From an uncultured Candidatus Rokubacteria bacterium (GTDB lineage: Bacteria; Methylomirabilota; Methylomirabilia; Rokubacteriales; CSP1-6), in NCBI GenBank assembly GCA_963789955.1, contig CAWBMV010000034.1, positions 352,001-416,000 of the forward strand: a stretch of 64,000 nucleotides of DNA, in the 5' to 3' direction. How positions within the stretch are numbered: the stretch's first letter is position 1; each line of letters opens with the position of its first letter. Position numbers and translations under genes: made by a program. Positions 43,963-54,021 of the stretch are shown here, piece after piece. The notes under the pieces were generated by a model. The model saw only the letters and a list, made by a program, of their open reading frames with translations. It made no database searches and was not told where the DNA came from.

Positions 43963-45165
43963 TCACTTCATTATGGTGACCAGACGGAAGATCGGAAGGT
44001 ACATCGCGACCACGAGGCCACCGACGACGACGCCCAGAAAGACGATCATGATCGGCTCGAGCAGCGACGTGAGCGCCGTGACCGCGGTATCGACCTCGTC
44101 ATCGTAGAAGTCGGCGATTTTCGAGAGCATCTGGTCGAGCGCGCCGGTGTTCTCGCCGACGCTGATCATGTGCACGACCATGGGCGGGAAGACGGTGCTT
44201 CCCTTGAGCGGCTCGGAGAGCGTCCGGCCCGAGGTGACGGCGGTCCGCGCCTGCATGACCGTCCGCTCGACGACGCGGTTGCCGGCCGAGCGCGCGGTGA
44301 TGAGCAGGCCTTCCAGGATCGGAACGCCGGAGGAGATGAGCGTGCCGAGCGTCCGGGTGAAGCGCGCGACGGCGACCTTACGAATGAGCATGCCGACGAC
44401 CGGCACTTTCAACAGGAACGCGTCGATCACGTTGCTGCCCTGGTCGGTGTTGTAGTAGCGCTTGAGCGCGTAGATCATGCCGGCGCCCACGCCCACCATG
44501 ATGAGCACGTACTTCTGCGTGAACTCCGAGATGAACATGACGATCTTCGTGGGCAGCGGGAGATCGGCGCCGAGACCCTGGAACATCTTGGCGAAGGTGG
44601 GGATGACGAAGATCATCATGAACACGATGACCAGCACCGCCACGCTGATGATCGTGATGGGGTAGACCATGGCCCCCTTCACCTTGCTCTTGAGCTTGGC
44701 GGCCTTCTCGATGTAGCCCGACAGACGCTGGAGGACGACGTCGAGCACACCGCCCGACTCACCGACCTGCAGCATGTTCGTGAACAGATCGTTGAAGACC
44801 TTGGGGTACTTCCGAAACGACTCGGCCAGAGTCGCGCCGCCTTCGACCTCGCGCGCGATCTTGCCGGTGACTTCCCGTAGACTCTTGGAGTCGCTCTGCT
44901 CCGACAGGATCGCGAGGCATTGCGCGATCGGGAGCCCGGCGTCCACCATCGTGGAGAACTGCCGCGTGTAGATCGCCAGGTCCTTGTCCTTGACCTTGCC
45001 GCCGATCTTCTTGATGCCGACGGGCTTGGCCGTGCGCTCCTGCACCGAGGTGGCGACGACGCCCCTCGCCCGCAGGGCCGTGACGGCGGCGGGTCGGTCG
45101 TTCGCTTCGATCTCGCCGGAGACGACGGCTCCGCCGGATCGGCCGCGAAACGCGTACATGGCCAT
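43963..45165 (-). CDS. pilC: Type IV pilus platform protein
   Basis: TRQFSTMVDAGLP, GAMVYP, ARFTRTLGTL, LLEP. Confidence 0.95.
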   Translation of the reverse strand: MAMYAFRGRSGGAVVSGEIEANDRPAAVTALRARGVVATSVQERTAKPVGIKKIGGKVKDKDLAIYTRQFSTMVDAGLPIAQCLAILSEQSDSKSLREVTGKIAREVEGGATLAESFRKYPKVFNDLFTNMLQVGESGGVLDVVLQRLSGYIEKAAKLKSKVKGAMVYPITIISVAVLVIVFMMIFVIPTFAKMFQGLGADLPLPTKIVMFISEFTQKYVLIMVGVGAGMIYALKRYYNTDQGSNVIDAFLLKVPVVGMLIRKVAVARFTRTLGTLISSGVPILEGLLITARSAGNRVVERTVMQARTAVTSGRTLSEPLKGSTVFPPMVVHMISVGENTGALDQMLSKIADFYDDEVDTAVTALTSLLEPIMIVFLGVVVGGLVVAMYLPIFRLVTIMK

Positions 45166-45179
45166 GATCTGCGCTCCTC

Positions 45180-46298
45180 CTACCGTTTGGCGAACGGTGA
45201 AGCGCCGGCGCCCGCACTGGCAGTGGCGGCCGGACCTTCGTGCGCGAGAAGCTGCAGAAGCTCCTCGACCAGCGTCGATCTGTTCAGCGCGTCTTCCTTG
45301 GTGATCAGGTGGCGCTTCGTCAGATCAGCCAGGGACTGATTCATCGTCTGCATGCCGAACTTCTGCCCGGTGGCGATCGCCGAGTACACCTGGTGGATCT
45401 TCTCCTCACGGATGAGGTTCCGGATGGCCGGCGTGGCCACCATGATCTCGAGCGACATCACCCGCCCGCCGCCGACCTTGGGAATCAGAGTCTGGGAGAG
45501 CACGCCCTCCAGCACGAGCGCCAGCTGGGCCCGCACCTGCGCCTGCTGCGCGGTCGGGAACACGTCGATGATTCGGTTCATGGTCTGGGCGCACGAGTTC
45601 GTGTGCAACGTGCCGAACGTCAAGTGGCCGGTCTCGGCGATCGTCAGCGCCGCCGCGATCGTCTCGAGGTCGCGCATCTCGCCGACCAGGACGACGTCCG
45701 GGTCCTGACGGAGGATCGACTTGAGCGCCTTGGTGAACGATTGCGTGTCGGCGAAGACCTCGCGCTGGTTGACCAGACAATTCTTGTGGGGATGCACGAA
45801 CTCGATCGGATCCTCGATCGTCATGATGTGGTCGTGGCGCTCGCTGTTGATCTTGTCGATCATCGCGGCGAGTGTCGTCGACTTGCCGGACCCGGTCGGT
45901 CCGGTCACGAGGATCAGCCCCTTCGGCCGGTCGGCCAGCTGTTGCACGATCTGCGGCAAGCCGAGCTCGTCGAACGAGCGGATCTTGTACGGAATGACGC
46001 GGATCGCGCAGCCAACCGCGCCGCGCTGCCGATAGACGTTACAGCGGAAGCGCGCGAGGCCCTGGATACCGAACGAGAGGTCGAGCTCGTTCTCTTCCTC
46101 GAACTTCTGCTTCTGACCTTCGTTCAGGACGCTGTACGACAGCCGCTGGGTGTCCTGCGGCGTCAGGACCTCAAACTGGGTGAGCTGGTTGAGTCGACCG
46201 CTGACGCGGATCTGCGGATACGTCCCGCTCGTGATGTGCAGGTCCGACGCGCCACGGTCCACCATAAGCTGCAGAAGATCGGCCATGTTGGCGGCCAT
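45180..46298 (-). CDS. pilT: Type IV pilus retraction ATPase
   Basis: GPTGSGKSTT, EDPIE, GEMRD, AIRNLIRE. Confidence 0.97.
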   Translation of the reverse strand: MAANMADLLQLMVDRGASDLHITSGTYPQIRVSGRLNQLTQFEVLTPQDTQRLSYSVLNEGQKQKFEEENELDLSFGIQGLARFRCNVYRQRGAVGCAIRVIPYKIRSFDELGLPQIVQQLADRPKGLILVTGPTGSGKSTTLAAMIDKINSERHDHIMTIEDPIEFVHPHKNCLVNQREVFADTQSFTKALKSILRQDPDVVLVGEMRDLETIAAALTIAETGHLTFGTLHTNSCAQTMNRIIDVFPTAQQAQVRAQLALVLEGVLSQTLIPKVGGGRVMSLEIMVATPAIRNLIREEKIHQVYSAIATGQKFGMQTMNQSLADLTKRHLITKEDALNRSTLVEELLQLLAHEGPAATASAGAGASPFAKR

Positions 46299-46325
46299 CG
46301 TGCCTCCCGACGGAAATGCCCCTGT

Positions 46326-48068
46326 TTAAGACAGGGTAACTCTGAGGACTTCCTCGATCGTCGTAGTTCCTTCAATGACCTTCATGAGGCCGGCTTGCCG
46401 CAGAGACCTCATACCCGCCGTCTCGGCGATCGACCGCAGCTCGGCGGTCGAAGCATTCTTGAGGATGGCGCTGCGGAGCTCCTCGCCGACCGGCATCACC
46501 TCGTAGATCGCGACGCGGCCCTTCATTCCCGTGAAGTTACAGGTCGCGCAGCCCTTGCCCTTGTAGAACTGCATCTTCCCTTTCCCGGTCGGGACGTGGC
46601 CATATTGCACGAGGCTTTCCTCGTCGGCGTCGTAGGGCTCCCGGCACTGTTTGCACACCTTGCGGCCGAGGCGCTGGGCCAGGACGAGCAGCAGCGACGA
46701 CGCCACCAGGAACGACGGGATCCCCATGTCGAGGAGCCGCGCGATCGTCGAGGGGCAATCGTTGGTGTGCAGGGTGGAGAAGACCAGGTGGCCGGTGAGC
46801 GCGGCACGGATGCTGATCTGCGCGGTCTCGAGGTCGCGCGTCTCACCGACGAGGATGACGTCGGGGTCCTGACGCAGGAAGGAGCGTAGCGCGGCGGCGA
46901 ACGTCCGGCCGACGCCCTCGTTGATCTGGACCTGGTTGACGCCCTTCAGGTTGTACTCGACCGGATCCTCGGCGGTCATGATGTTCACGTCCGGCGAGTT
47001 GATCGTGTGGATCCCCGAGTAGAGCGTGGTCGTCTTGCCGGAGCCGGTCGGTCCGGTGATCAGGACCATCCCGTAGGGCTGGTGGATCGCGGCGCTGAAC
47101 TTCTCGAGGCTCCATTCGTCGAAGCCGAGCTGCGTCATGTCGAGCTTCAGCGCTTCCTTGTCGAGGATTCGGAGAACCGCCTTCTCGCCGAAGATCGTCG
47201 GCAGGGTCGAGACACGGAAGTCGATCTCGCGGTTGTTGTAGCGAAGCTTGATGCGGCCGTCCTGCGGCAGCCGGCGCTCGGCGATGTCGAGGTTCGACAT
47301 GATCTTCAGGCGCGAGAGGATCGCCGACTCCAGCCGCTTCGGCGGCGCCAGCATCTCGTGCAGGACGCCGTCCATGCGGAAGCGGATGCGGAAGATCTTC
47401 TCGTACGACTCGAAGTGGATGTCCGAGGCGCCCTTCTGGATCGCATCGACCAGCACCATGTTGACCAGCTTCACGACCGGCGCTTCGTCGGCCGACTCCT
47501 TCAGCTCGAAGACGTCGACCTTGGCGCCCTCTTCGCCTTCCTCGACAACCTCGACGTTGGAGAGGTCGGTCTGCATGTCCGACAGGACGCTGGAGATGGC
47601 CTCGGTCTTCGACTCGTAGTTCCGGTCGACCGCCTTCTTGATCGCGGTCTGTGAGGCGACCAGCGGCAACACCTGGAGGTTCGTCATGAACGAGATGTCG
47701 TCCAGGGCGAAGACGTTGGTCGGATCGGCCATCGCGAGCGCGAGGGAGTTGCCCATCCTCCGGACCGGGATCACCTCGTACTTCCGCGCGATGGGCGCCG
47801 GCACGAGCTTCAAGACGTCCGGATCGATGTCGAGCTGGCCGAGCGTGATCGATGGGACGCCGTACTGTCGCGACAGGAATCCGATGAGTTGATCTTCGTT
47901 GACGAAGTTCAGCCGGATGAGGACCGAGCCGAGCTTCTCGGGCGAGCCCTTCTGCTCCGCGAGCGCCTTCTTGAGCTGCTCGGCGGTGAGAAGGCCGTCC
48001 GCGACGAGGAGGTCCCCGAGACGGCGGTTGACAGGCTGCCCAAGCTTCACCTGTTGCTGCTGAGCCAT
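46326..48068 (-). CDS. pilB: Type IV pilus extension ATPase
   Basis: RLGDLL MshEN-like N-terminus, ERRLPQDG, GPTGSGKTT, CKQC/CATC zinc motif. Confidence 0.97.
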   Translation of the reverse strand: MAQQQQVKLGQPVNRRLGDLLVADGLLTAEQLKKALAEQKGSPEKLGSVLIRLNFVNEDQLIGFLSRQYGVPSITLGQLDIDPDVLKLVPAPIARKYEVIPVRRMGNSLALAMADPTNVFALDDISFMTNLQVLPLVASQTAIKKAVDRNYESKTEAISSVLSDMQTDLSNVEVVEEGEEGAKVDVFELKESADEAPVVKLVNMVLVDAIQKGASDIHFESYEKIFRIRFRMDGVLHEMLAPPKRLESAILSRLKIMSNLDIAERRLPQDGRIKLRYNNREIDFRVSTLPTIFGEKAVLRILDKEALKLDMTQLGFDEWSLEKFSAAIHQPYGMVLITGPTGSGKTTTLYSGIHTINSPDVNIMTAEDPVEYNLKGVNQVQINEGVGRTFAAALRSFLRQDPDVILVGETRDLETAQISIRAALTGHLVFSTLHTNDCPSTIARLLDMGIPSFLVASSLLLVLAQRLGRKVCKQCREPYDADEESLVQYGHVPTGKGKMQFYKGKGCATCNFTGMKGRVAIYEVMPVGEELRSAILKNASTAELRSIAETAGMRSLRQAGLMKVIEGTTTIEEVLRVTLS

Positions 48069-48077
48069 TGTAATCTT

Positions 48078-48614
48078 CTACTGTACCCCACCGAGTCGTT
48101 TCAACGTATCGGTAAAGGCCTTGTACGCATCGTCCTGATAAAGAACGAAAACGACTCGTTTCAGGCCCGTGGGGCTGCCCTTCAAATGAGACACCACAGC
48201 GTTCAACATCGCGTTCGCCGACACGGCCGGAGGGACGTGTCCGACTCCGGTGCCGAGTGCGGGGAGCGCCAGGGACGTGATGCGATGCTTGGCCGCGAGC
48301 GCCAGCACCGCGCGGGTCGTCGTCGCGATTTTCTCGCCGTCCGTCTGGAGGTCGGGGCCCATGACCGCCGCGTGGATCACGTGCGTCGCGGCGAGGTTGC
48401 CGCCGGTGGTCAAGACGGCCTCGCCGACTTCGACGGGGCCCTGTCGCATCGCCTCTTCCTCGATGATGACGCCGCCTTTTCGCTTGATGGCGCCGGCGAC
48501 ACCGGTGCCCATGGCGAGCGTCGAGTTCGCCGCATTGATAATCGCGTCGACTTCCCAGTCGGTGATGTCACCGCGCTCGATTGCGATGGATGATTGACCG
48601 ATCCTGAGCCTCAT
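48078..48614 (-). CDS. Macro domain protein (ADP-ribose binding/hydrolase)
   Basis: GDIT, AIINAAN, GTGVAGAI, VIHA, PALGTGVG. Confidence 0.9.
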   Translation of the reverse strand: MRLRIGQSSIAIERGDITDWEVDAIINAANSTLAMGTGVAGAIKRKGGVIIEEEAMRQGPVEVGEAVLTTGGNLAATHVIHAAVMGPDLQTDGEKIATTTRAVLALAAKHRITSLALPALGTGVGHVPPAVSANAMLNAVVSHLKGSPTGLKRVVFVLYQDDAYKAFTDTLKRLGGVQ

Positions 48615-49420
48615 GACCGTTTCTCGCCGCGCTCTCCAGCTTTCGCCGCCTCCCACGACCGCTCCAGCTCATCAGGCGTCACCGCGCTGACCGACGTCCC
48701 GCGCGCGGTCAGCTCCGCTTCCATGCTCGTGAAGCGCCGGCGGAACTTCTCGATCGCGCCGTGGAGCGCGTCGTCGGCGTCGAGCGCCGAGAGCCGCGCG
48801 ACGTTCACGAGCGAAAAGAGCGCGTCGCCCAGCTCGTCGCGGATGCGTCGCGCGTCGCCCGAGGCCAGCGCTTCGCCCGCTTCACGAATCTCCTCCTCGA
48901 CCTTGGTCCACGCCGCGCGCGCGTCGGGCCAGTCGAAATTCACGCGTGCGGCCTTGCTCTGAACTCGCTGCGCGCGCAGCAACGACGGGAGCGCGCGCGG
49001 GACACCGTCCAGAAGCGATCGCCGCTGGCCTCGCTCCTCGGCCTCACGCTGCTTGATCGCTTCCCACTGAACGAGCGCCTCGTTCGCGGTGCCGACCGCG
49101 GCGTCGCCGAAGACATGAGGGTGACGGCGAATCATCTTGTCGATGAGTTGCCCGAGCAGGTCGGTCATGGTGAAGTCGCCGCGCTCCTCGGCGAGGCGAG
49201 CATGGAAGACGACTTGAAACAGCAGGTCGCCCAGCTCCTCGCGCACGGCCGCGCTCCGGCCGGACTCGATCGCTTCCAAGACTTCGTACGCTTCCTCGAT
49301 GAGAAAAGGCTTGAGTGATGTGGGCGTCTGCTCGCGATCCCATGGGCAGCCACCGGGTTCGCGGAGTTGCTTCATGACGTCCAAGAGCCGTTGAAAGAGA
49401 ACACCGGGGGAGTCGGTCAT
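48611..49420 (-). CDS. mazG: Nucleoside triphosphate pyrophosphohydrolase
   Basis: GCPWDREQT, EEAYE, EELGDLLFQV, KMIRRHPHVF, ELGD. Confidence 0.95.
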   Translation of the reverse strand: MTDSPGVLFQRLLDVMKQLREPGGCPWDREQTPTSLKPFLIEEAYEVLEAIESGRSAAVREELGDLLFQVVFHARLAEERGDFTMTDLLGQLIDKMIRRHPHVFGDAAVGTANEALVQWEAIKQREAEERGQRRSLLDGVPRALPSLLRAQRVQSKAARVNFDWPDARAAWTKVEEEIREAGEALASGDARRIRDELGDALFSLVNVARLSALDADDALHGAIEKFRRRFTSMEAELTARGTSVSAVTPDELERSWEAAKAGERGEKRS

Positions 49421-49441
49421 TTCCGTTCCTGGGGCTAACCG

Positions 49442-49475
49442 ATTATACAGCAAGGGTTTTCGCCTGTGCTAGGCT
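49442..49475. promoter_or_regulatory. Divergent sigma-70-type -10 elements for mazG and the DUF1844 gene
   Basis: TATAAT on the minus strand at 49442-49447; TGcTAGGCT on the plus strand at 49467-49475. Confidence 0.5.
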
Positions 49476-49482
49476 CACCCTG

Positions 49483-49866
49483 ATGGCGCCGGGCGAACCC
49501 GAAGACGTATTCAAGGTCACCGACAGACGTCGCCGGCTGGACGATGACGACGCCCCGCGCCCGGCGCCGGCCGCCGCCGAGCCACCACAAGTTGCGCCAG
49601 TCGATTTGAGCCCTGCCGGCGAGCGGAGCCTGGCGGGGCTCTTCATGATGCTCGCAAGCTCGGCGGTCGTCGCGCTGGGGGAGGCGCCCGATCCCCTCAC
49701 GGGCCAACGTCAGGTCGACCTGGCTCAAGCCGCAGACGCGATCGATCTGCTGATCTTGCTACGAGAGAAGACCGAAGGAAACCGGTCACCCGAAGAGAAC
49801 CGGATACTGGAGGAAGTGCTGTACGACCTCCAGCTTCGCTACGTCCACGCTACGAAGACGTCTTGA
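49483..49866 (+). CDS. DUF1844 domain protein
   Basis: FKVTDRR, ALGEAPDP, IDLLILLREKTEGN, LYDLQLRY. Confidence 0.85.
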   Translation: MAPGEPEDVFKVTDRRRRLDDDDAPRPAPAAAEPPQVAPVDLSPAGERSLAGLFMMLASSAVVALGEAPDPLTGQRQVDLAQAADAIDLLILLREKTEGNRSPEENRILEEVLYDLQLRYVHATKTS

Positions 49867-50500
49867 TCACGACGGCCCCAGGGTCAATCGTGAGCCCCTC
49901 CACGGACTCCGGCATCCGCCACCGCAGCAGAGCCTGAACTGCCGGGTTCGGCAGGAGCCTCAGGAACGTGGCCGGTAACGGCTGGCGCCCGATCGCGAAG
50001 CGCAGAACGTCGAAGCGAAGGTAACGACGCTGGCTCCGGGTGGCTCCTAGTTCCAGGCTGGCCCTGGCGTTGAGATGGAGCCAGACCCGGCGCTCGAGCC
50101 ATGCGGCCGGGACGAGGTTCTCGAGCGACATCAAGGGCGAGGCCGAGAGGAGATCGCGGAGCGGCAACAAGCCCTTGAATTCGACGACTCCATCCCCGGC
50201 CAAGCGAAGCGCCCGAACCGCGAAGGGCATCTTCGCGACCTCGACAAGGTTCTTGGACAGGAAGCGGTTCAGCTCGGCCTCGGTCATGACGACCTGATGT
50301 GGCCGGCTCCGGGATCTCGAGTCTTCGCCGCGGATCAGCTCGAAGATCTTCTGTTGAGCCCGTAGACCGTCTTCCGGAGACCCCTGGACTGCGACCACGT
50401 CCGGCTCCTGGGTGAGCCTCGAGCCTACCCACAACGCTGCGCCACCGACTCCCAGAAGCGCGACGATGCCGCCGATGACCAGGACGCACCCGGAGCGCAC
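49850..50500 (-). CDS. Hypothetical membrane-anchored protein
   Basis: N-terminal TM followed by a TEAELN motif; coding-like composition. Confidence 0.65.
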   Translation of the reverse strand: MRSGCVLVIGGIVALLGVGGAALWVGSRLTQEPDVVAVQGSPEDGLRAQQKIFELIRGEDSRSRSRPHQVVMTEAELNRFLSKNLVEVAKMPFAVRALRLAGDGVVEFKGLLPLRDLLSASPLMSLENLVPAAWLERRVWLHLNARASLELGATRSQRRYLRFDVLRFAIGRQPLPATFLRLLPNPAVQALLRWRMPESVEGLTIDPGAVVIKTSS

Positions 50501-50559
50501 CGGCCAACCCTACCACCGCCAGGTTCAAGTGCCTTACTTCGTTAGATTCTATCCATGAT

Positions 50560-50604
50560 TTGACAGTCTGATAACTCAGATGATATATAACTTGCGTACT
50601 CAAG
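50560..50604 (+). promoter_or_regulatory. Heat-shock operon promoter with two HAIR-related palindromes (candidate HspR operator)
   Basis: TTGACA at 50560-50565, TATATAAC at 50584-50591, TCTGATAACTCAGA at 50567-50580, CTTGCGTACTCAAG at 50591-50604. Confidence 0.65.
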
Positions 50605-50656
50605 AGATGCCGGGACCCACAAGGGGCCGGCCGAGAGCCACAGGAGGGCTTTTGAA

Positions 50657-51121
50657 ATGGCGATTGAGCGTTGGCGTCCGTTCGTGTCCGTCGAGAGATG
50701 GGATCCGTTCCGGAACATGTCCGATATGCAGGGAGAGGTGAACCGACTCTTCGACAGCTTCCTCGGGAGACCCGCGGCCTCGGTACCACGCACCTGGGCG
50801 CCTGTTCTGGATATTCACGAGACCAAGGATGAGCTCGTTCTGAACTTCGAGCTTCCAGGCGTCACCGACAAGGATGTGTCCCTGTCGATCACCGGAGATC
50901 TGCTGACCCTGAAGGGGGAGCGCGCGGCCAACCGAGACGTCAAGGACGAGAGCGTGCATCACGTCGAGCGCGTCTACGGGAAGTTCGAACGCAGCGTGCA
51001 GCTGCCGATGCCCGTGCAGGCCGATAAGGTGAAGGCGACGTACCGCGATGGGGTGCTCGAGGTGAAGCTTCCGAAGGTGGAAGAGGTAAAGCCCAAGGCG
51101 ATCAAGATCGACATCATCTAG
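50657..51121 (+). CDS. Hsp20/alpha-crystallin small heat-shock protein
   Basis: WAPVLDI, ELPGV, ERVYGKFERS, ATYRDGVLEV; SD AGGAGG. Confidence 0.95.
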   Translation: MAIERWRPFVSVERWDPFRNMSDMQGEVNRLFDSFLGRPAASVPRTWAPVLDIHETKDELVLNFELPGVTDKDVSLSITGDLLTLKGERAANRDVKDESVHHVERVYGKFERSVQLPMPVQADKVKATYRDGVLEVKLPKVEEVKPKAIKIDII

Positions 51122-51144
51122 TCGATCGAGCTGTGTGGAGTGAC

Positions 51145-51174
51145 GCGACGGAGCGGATCGACCCGCTCCGTCGC
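51145..51174 (+). terminator. Perfect 12-bp hairpin between hsp20 and dnaK (stabiliser or attenuator)
   Basis: GCGACGGAGCGG-ATCGAC-CCGCTCCGTCGC; no U-tract. Confidence 0.45.
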
Positions 51175-51206
51175 CATAGAAAGACCAAGGAGAAGGGGGA
51201 TTCGAC

Positions 51207-53127
51207 ATGGCGAAGGTGATCGGCATTGACCTCGGGACGACCAACTCAGTCGTGGCGGTCGTCGAGGGCGGCAATCCCACGGTGATCGCGAACCAGGAGG
51301 GCAGCCGACTGACGCCCTCGGTCGCGGGATTCACGAAGGAAGGCGAGATTCTCGTCGGACAGGTCGCCAAACGGCAGGCGATCACGAATCCCGAGAACAC
51401 CGTGTTCTCGATCAAACGATTCATGGGGCGCCGCTACGACGAGGTGCTCCAGGAGACCAAGCTCGTCCCGTACAAGGTGGCCAAGGCCGCGAACGGCGAC
51501 GTCCGGATCGAAGTACGGGGCAAGCAGTATTCCCCGCCCGAGATCTCGGCCATGATTCTGCGAAAGCTGAAGGAGGCCGCCGAGGCGTATCTGGGTGAGA
51601 AGGTCACCCAAGCCGTCATCACCGTGCCCGCCTACTTCAACGACAGCCAGCGGCAGGCGACCAAGGACGCCGGCCGCGTGGCCGGTCTCGAAGTGCTGCG
51701 CATCATCAACGAGCCGACCGCGGCGGCGCTGGCCTACGGTCTCGACAAGAAGAAGGACGAGACGATCGCCGTCTACGACCTCGGCGGTGGAACCTTCGAC
51801 ATCTCGATTCTCGAGATCGGCGAGGGAGTCTTCGAGGTCAAGGCGACCAACGGCGACACCCACCTGGGCGGCGACGACTTCGACCAGCGCGTGATGGACT
51901 GGATCGCCGGGGAGTTCAAGAAGGAGCACGGGATCGATCTGCTGAAGGACCGGATGGCCCTTCAGCGGTTGAAGGAAGCGGCCGAGAAGGCGAAGTGCGA
52001 GCTCTCGACGACCTTGCAGACCGAGATCAACCTGCCCTTCATCACGGCCGACGCGAGCGGGCCCCAAGCACCTGGTGCTCACACTGACCAGGGCCAAGCT
52101 CGAGGCCCTCGTGGCCGATCTCGTCGAGCGCACCCTCGGCCCGTGCCGACAGGCGATGCAGGACGCCGGCGTGAGCCCGAAGGACATCAACGAGGTCATC
52201 CTCGTGGGTGGTCAGATTCGGATGCCGAAGGTTCAGGAGGCCGTCAAGCAGCTCTTCGGCCGCGAGCCCCACAAGGGCGTCAACCCGGACGAGGTCGTGG
52301 CGGTCGGCGCGGCGGTGCAGGGCGCGGTGCTCACGGGCGAGGTCAAGGATCTCCTGCTCCTCGACGTCACGCCGCTCTCGCTCGGAATCGAGACGCTCGG
52401 CGGCGTGATGACTCCGCTGATCACCCGCAACACGACGATCCCGACGAAGAAGAGCGAGGTCTTCACGACGGCGGCCGACAACCAGACCTCCGTCGAAGTC
52501 CACGTGATGCAGGGCGAGCGACCCATGGCGCGTGACAACCGGACGCTCGGGAAGTTCCACCTGGTGGGCATCCCACCGGCGCCGCGGCAAATGCCGCAGA
52601 TCGAAGTGACGTTCGACATCGACGCGAACGGCATCCTGAACGTCGCCGCGCAGGACAAGGCGACGGGCAAGCAGCAGAACATCACCATCACCGCGTCGTC
52701 CGGCCTGACCAAGGACGAGATCGACCGGATGGTGAAGGAAGCCGAGGCGAACTCCGCCGAGGACTCGAAGCGGAAGCAGGAGATCGAGGTGCGCAACCAG
52801 ACCGACTCGCTCGTCTACTCGACCGAGCGGACGCTCGGTGAGCACGGCGCCAAGCTGGCCGAGAACGATCGCAAGGCGATCGACGACGCGCTGGCCGAAG
52901 CGCGCGAGGCGCTGAAGGGCGAAGACATCGAGCGGATGAAGCGCGCGCAGGAGGGCCTGAGCCAGGCGTCGCACAAGCTCGCGGAGATCATGTACCGCGA
53001 GGCGCAGGCGCAGGGTCAGCCGGCCGGCTCGGGCGCGGCCAGCGGGCCGAGCCAGGGCGCGCCGGGTCCCAAGGAAGGCGAAGTGGTCGACGCCGACTTC
53101 GAGGATCTGGGCGACAAGAAGAAGTAA
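51207..53127 (+). CDS. dnaK: Chaperone DnaK (frameshift near 52063)
   Basis: [47 protein letters not shown]. Confidence 0.97.
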
Positions 53128-53133
53128 CGGGTC

Positions 53134-54021
53134 ATGCGTCGCGACTACTACGCGGTTCTGGGAATCGCGGCGACGGCTCCGCCGCGCGAGGTGCGCCGAG
53201 CGTACCAGCGCCTCGCGCGGCAGTATTCCCCCGACGTCAATTTCTGGGACGAGCGGGCCCGCGAGCTCTTCGAGGAGATCGCCGAGGCGTTCAGGGTGCT
53301 CAGGGACCCCACCGCGCGTCAGATGTACGACCAGTATGGGCACGCGGTGGGCGCCGACGCCGCGCTGGCCGAGGGCCGGCGTGGCGACGACGTCCACGCC
53401 GTCGTCGATCTCTCGTTCGCCGAGGTCGTTCGGGGTACGAGCGTCCGGCTCGACGTCCAGCGATTCTCGGCGTGTTCGAGCTGTGGGGCCAGCGGCGCCG
53501 GCCGAGAAGGGCGATGCTCGGCCTGTATGGGGCGCGGCGTTCGCCGCGTCGTTGAGCCGGTTGGCGTCGTGGTTCCCGCCGGAGTCGATTCCGGCGCGCA
53601 GATCCGCGTGGGCGGCGAGGGCAATGCCGGCCCGTTCGGCGGACCGCGGGGCGATCTCCTCGTGAGCACGCGCGTCGGGGAGCACCCGTTCTTTCAACGC
53701 AAGGGCGATAACGTGCATTGTGACGTTCCCATCAGCGTGTGGGAGGCCCTGCTCGGCGCCCGTATCCGCGTCCCGACGCCGTCGGGAGAGGCGGTGCTGG
53801 TCGTGCCACCCGGAACGACCGGAGGGCAGGTGTTTCGCCTGCGCGGCCAAGGGCTGCCTCGATTGACCGGCGAATCGACGGGCGACCTCTATGTGACGGT
53901 CCGCGTCGAGGTTCCGACCGGTCTCGATGCGCGGACGCACGAGCTGGTTCGCGAGCTCGCGCGGCTGATGCCGGTCGAGACACGGACCGCGCTGGAGCGT
54001 TATCGGGGAGGTGCGGAGTGA
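53134..54021 (+). CDS. DnaJ-like protein with a non-canonical SPD motif and a reduced zinc finger
   Basis: RDYYAVLG...LARQYSPDVN, CSSCGASG and CSACMGRG, DnaJ C-terminal domain (LRGQGLP...GDLYV). Confidence 0.85.
   Translation: MRRDYYAVLGIAATAPPREVRRAYQRLARQYSPDVNFWDERARELFEEIAEAFRVLRDPTARQMYDQYGHAVGADAALAEGRRGDDVHAVVDLSFAEVVRGTSVRLDVQRFSACSSCGASGAGREGRCSACMGRGVRRVVEPVGVVVPAGVDSGAQIRVGGEGNAGPFGGPRGDLLVSTRVGEHPFFQRKGDNVHCDVPISVWEALLGARIRVPTPSGEAVLVVPPGTTGGQVFRLRGQGLPRLTGESTGDLYVTVRVEVPTGLDARTHELVRELARLMPVETRTALERYRGGAE

Noticed and set aside
48078..49420. MazG plus macro domain as an anti-phage system
   Set aside because: Both look like ordinary housekeeping versions within a core operon, with no defence-island context.
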